Assembly: GCF_013177435.1 (NCBI RefSeq)
Contig: NZ_CP053627.1
Location: forward strand, 480,001-512,000
Reading direction: 5' to 3'
Origin: Xylella taiwanensis
Lineage (GTDB): Bacteria; Pseudomonadota; Gammaproteobacteria; Xanthomonadales; Xanthomonadaceae
Length of the DNA: 32,000 bases
In this document: positions 28,950-32,000 of the stretch, one piece after another
Numbering within the stretch: the stretch's first letter is position 1
Layout: every line of letters begins with the position of its first letter
Position numbers and translations under genes: made by a program
The notes under the pieces: model-generated
What the model was told of the DNA's origin: nothing
What the model saw: only the letters and a program-made list of their open reading frames with translations
The model's database searches: none

Positions 28950-31900
28950 ATGAGAAAGTCCTGCTCCAGTCTGTTGCTGCAGATACGCAGTTTGCTTTGT
29001 TACGCATTAGCCGTTTGTCTGTACTTGACACTGCCGGATACATTCGCGCAGAGCAGTAATGCCACGCTGCATGGCCAAGTGAGCCGAGTGCAGGCTGGGA
29101 CCATGGTTGTAGCGACTAACACAGCCACCGGTTTGGTGCGCCGAACCACGCTTTTGTCCGACGGTACTTACACTATTGTCGGTCTTCCGCCTGGCGAATA
29201 CACGATCAGTGTTGGTGGCGTTTCCCGCAGAGTCACGTTGAGTGTGGCCTCGAGCGTCACTGTCAATTTGGATGGCGGTGTACTGGCCGGTGGTGATGCT
29301 AAGACTTTGGATGCGGTCCAAGTGACCGGACAGACCATCCGTGAAGTCAAAACGTCCGAGGTTGGCAATACAATCGCGTTACGTCAGATCCAGCAACTAC
29401 CACAGGCCACGCGTAATTTCTTGGAGTTTGCCGACACCGTGCCAGGTATGGCGTTCAACATTGATCCTCAAGGGCACACCACGCTGCGCGGTGGCGCTTC
29501 TAATAGCAGCGCCAGTAATTTGTATATAGACGGTATTGGACAGAAGAGCTATGTTGCCAAGGGAGGGATTTCCGGACAGAACGACACCCAGGGTAATCCG
29601 TTTCCACAGCTGGCGATTAGCGAATACAAGGTCATCACTTCCAACTACAAAGCGGAATATGGTCAGATCAGCGGCGCAGCGATCACGGCGGCGACAAAAT
29701 CCGGTACCAATGAATTCCACGGTGAGACGTTCTACCGTTATACCAATCAAAATCTGCGTGACCGGCGGCCGGATGAGGTCGATACTAAGGTTGATTCACA
29801 GACCAAGGAATATGGTTTCTCACTGGGTGGACCGATCATTCGAGACCGTATGCATTTTTTCTTTGCTTACGAGGGCAAGGACAATGTTGTACCACGTAGC
29901 GTCCAGGCTGACCCGCGTGCGGCACCCTATATTGGTTTTCTGCCGATTAATCTGTCTCAGCAGTACGGTCCTGTAAATCTGCCGTTCAACGAAGATCTAT
30001 ATTTCGGCAAGATTGATTTTGAGCCAACCGAGGATGACCGCCTGGAATTGAGCGTTCAGTACCGTGACGAAACCCAAATCGATAATATTGGTGGTCAGAA
30101 TGCCGCCGATCATGGTCTAAACAAAATCAATAAAGACAAACGCAGCAGCCTGCGTTGGCAGCACAGTAATGATGCTTGGTTTAATGAACTGATCTTCAGC
30201 CGGGAAAATGCGAAGAACAATCCTAATCCGATGAGTATCGGCAATGGTTTTAATTACGTGTATCTGGACGCAACGGATCCTAATATCGGTGAGTACACCT
30301 TCCTTTCAGTAGGTCCTGACGGTGGCGCAAGCATGCAGCGCCGTGGTCAAAATGGTTGGTCGTTGCAGAACGATCTGACGTTTACCAGCTTTAAGTGGCA
30401 TGGTGACCACACCATTAAAATGGGGGGCAGCTATAAGAAAATTAATCTGCAAGCGCAAGATGCAGCTTCGTTGAACCCGCAATTTAGTTATGCGGTTGAC
30501 CCCACTGGGGTGGCCCCGACGCCATACCGCGTTGATTTCTATTCACCCTATGCGACACCTGGACAGAAGGCCTTGGTGGAAACCAGGGCCAAGCAGTACG
30601 GCATCTATCTTCAGGATGATTGGAATGTCAATGAGAAACTGACCCTGAATTTGGGGGTGCGCTGGGATTACGAGGACAATCCGGCCTATACCGATTTTGT
30701 GACTTCACGGTCGTTCGTTGAAACACTTTATGCGGACGATCCTGAGAATCCTGGTCACCCGTGGGCCAATCGATTACTGTCTAGCGGCATCAACGTTGCC
30801 GATTACATTAGCAATGGTCACAACCGTAATAACTTCAAGCACGGGTGGGCGCCGCGTTTTGGCTTCTCTTATGACATTTTTGGTGACGAGGCGGCGGTCA
30901 TTCATGGCGGCGCTGGGCGCTCGTATGATCGTAATTTATTCGAACAAATGGCCTATGAGACTAGTAAGGCGGCGTTGTCTCCGGTTGCTGTGTATTTCCA
31001 GAATCCAGCCACTAACATGTGTTATCACTCCGATCGTGTTTGTGTGCCTTGGGATCCGAAATATCTCAATGGTATTGATCAATTGAATGCAATTGCTGGG
31101 GTCAGTGGCAGTGGTGAACTGTTTATCTTCAACAATAGACTTAAGACCCCTTACAGCGATCAATACAGCATTGGCATCAGCAACAAGATAGGAGGTTGGC
31201 TGACCGATGTCACTTTCCAGCGTGTATTGAGTAATGATGGTTTCGCGATGTCGCTCGTCAACCGCTATCCGGATGGCACGTACTTTGATGCCACCGGCAG
31301 CGCGCCATGGGATGAGCCGGTACCTGGTTACAAGAACACGATTCTCGGCATGAATGGCCTGAAGCAGCGTAGTAGCCAAGTGTTGTTGTCTGCAGAGAAG
31401 CCTTATACCAAGGAATCCGGTTGGGGAGTCAATGTGGCCTACACGCACAGCAGTGCGCGTCATAATCGCAGCATCGACGAGCCCTTCGCATTCGACAAGG
31501 CGACGATTCATGAGTATCCGTTCGTCAAGTCCGATGCGGTTGCCTCGCACCGTTTTGTTGTTTCTGGTTCGATGGATGGTCTGTGGGGGATGACCTTTGG
31601 TGCCAAGATGGTGCTGGCCACGCCCACTCCAATCAATACGATTGCTTGCTATGGCTATACCGATCCGGATGGCGCGCAGTGCCAGCAGATTGGAGTCACT
31701 CCACCAGGCAACGGAAAGTTCTTGGTCGGGGGTAAGATCTGGGGTTATCGCACGGTGGATTTCCAGGCGAGTAAAGTGTTCACGCTGTTTGGTGATTTCA
31801 AGCTGTCGGCACGTGTGAATCTGCTCAATGCGTTTAATTTCAAGAATTACGCATCCTATGTCTATAACAGTTTCGGTAGTGATGGACGATTGCAACCGGA

Positions 31901-31976
31901 TATCGCAATCAATCGGATCGGTGATATCAACTATGTCCCACGCACAGTGACGTTCGAGCTTGGAATGAAGTTCTGA
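28950..31976 (+). CDS. TonB-dependent outer-membrane receptor with an N-terminal carboxypeptidase-regulatory-like domain (Oar-like)
   Basis: The start ATG 28950 follows GGAGAGAG. The signal peptide ends ...TFA-QSS. A CarboxypepD_reg-like segment is present (GTMVVATNTATGLVRRTTLLSDGTYTIVGLPPGEYTISV), followed by a plug and a large beta-barrel ending in the aromatic terminus ELGMKF. The track ORF start at 28755 is upstream read-in. Confidence 0.93.
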   Translation: MRKSCSSLLLQIRSLLCYALAVCLYLTLPDTFAQSSNATLHGQVSRVQAGTMVVATNTATGLVRRTTLLSDGTYTIVGLPPGEYTISVGGVSRRVTLSVASSVTVNLDGGVLAGGDAKTLDAVQVTGQTIREVKTSEVGNTIALRQIQQLPQATRNFLEFADTVPGMAFNIDPQGHTTLRGGASNSSASNLYIDGIGQKSYVAKGGISGQNDTQGNPFPQLAISEYKVITSNYKAEYGQISGAAITAATKSGTNEFHGETFYRYTNQNLRDRRPDEVDTKVDSQTKEYGFSLGGPIIRDRMHFFFAYEGKDNVVPRSVQADPRAAPYIGFLPINLSQQYGPVNLPFNEDLYFGKIDFEPTEDDRLELSVQYRDETQIDNIGGQNAADHGLNKINKDKRSSLRWQHSNDAWFNELIFSRENAKNNPNPMSIGNGFNYVYLDATDPNIGEYTFLSVGPDGGASMQRRGQNGWSLQNDLTFTSFKWHGDHTIKMGGSYKKINLQAQDAASLNPQFSYAVDPTGVAPTPYRVDFYSPYATPGQKALVETRAKQYGIYLQDDWNVNEKLTLNLGVRWDYEDNPAYTDFVTSRSFVETLYADDPENPGHPWANRLLSSGINVADYISNGHNRNNFKHGWAPRFGFSYDIFGDEAAVIHGGAGRSYDRNLFEQMAYETSKAALSPVAVYFQNPATNMCYHSDRVCVPWDPKYLNGIDQLNAIAGVSGSGELFIFNNRLKTPYSDQYSIGISNKIGGWLTDVTFQRVLSNDGFAMSLVNRYPDGTYFDATGSAPWDEPVPGYKNTILGMNGLKQRSSQVLLSAEKPYTKESGWGVNVAYTHSSARHNRSIDEPFAFDKATIHEYPFVKSDAVASHRFVVSGSMDGLWGMTFGAKMVLATPTPINTIACYGYTDPDGAQCQQIGVTPPGNGKFLVGGKIWGYRTVDFQASKVFTLFGDFKLSARVNLLNAFNFKNYASYVYNSFGSDGRLQPDIAINRIGDINYVPRTVTFELGMKF

Positions 31977-32000
31977 AGCACCATAATGCCCGTCGTCCGG

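Noticed and set aside
30936-31895. 319-aa ORF antisense to the TonB-dependent receptor. Similar antisense ORFs occur inside mntH (1136-1744), the methylase (4116-4535) and plsB (25144-25461).
   Set aside because: Each lies wholly within a well-supported gene on the other strand and has no family resemblance. These are typical shadow ORFs.

Overview
The window looks like a chromosomal segment of a Xanthomonadales-type gammaproteobacterium. I infer a Xylella-like organism from gene content, about 50% GC and overall style; this is not proven.

I can support 13 intact protein genes: tadA (partial), mntR, mntH, a Dam-like N6-adenine methyltransferase, bpt, a DUF2007-like membrane protein, tesB, an Ala/Pro-rich lipoprotein, a lipidated subtilisin autotransporter, an S15/CocE-NonD peptidase, plsB and an Oar-like TonB-dependent receptor. 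There is also one RNA gene, ffs (SRP 4.5S RNA).

These account for only about 17 kb of 32 kb. The remainder falls into two classes. One is spacer DNA with an extreme G+T excess on the + strand. The other is AT-rich decayed DNA carrying gene relics: an IS5-family transposase, a possible GNAT toxin module, and multi-frameshifted fragments.

The most interesting locus is a roughly 2.9 kb restriction-modification islet at 2.5-5.5 kb. It contains a NotI-family endonuclease gene interrupted by a single in-frame TGA, next to an intact methyltransferase that carries a 75-aa N-terminal extension. Palindromes sharing GTGA/TCAC half-sites lie upstream of both genes. The islet is bracketed by a 19/20 direct repeat and is compositionally distinct from its flanks.

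Second in interest is a 12-copy, near-perfect 18-bp tandem repeat encoding (PPSTTT)12. It lies between a lipobox and the protease domain of the autotransporter.

I did not find convincing evidence for a wholly new multi-gene system. The candidates above and several weaker signals are listed with explicit tests. Most long ORFs in the supplied track that lie in spacers or antisense to genes are compositional artefacts.
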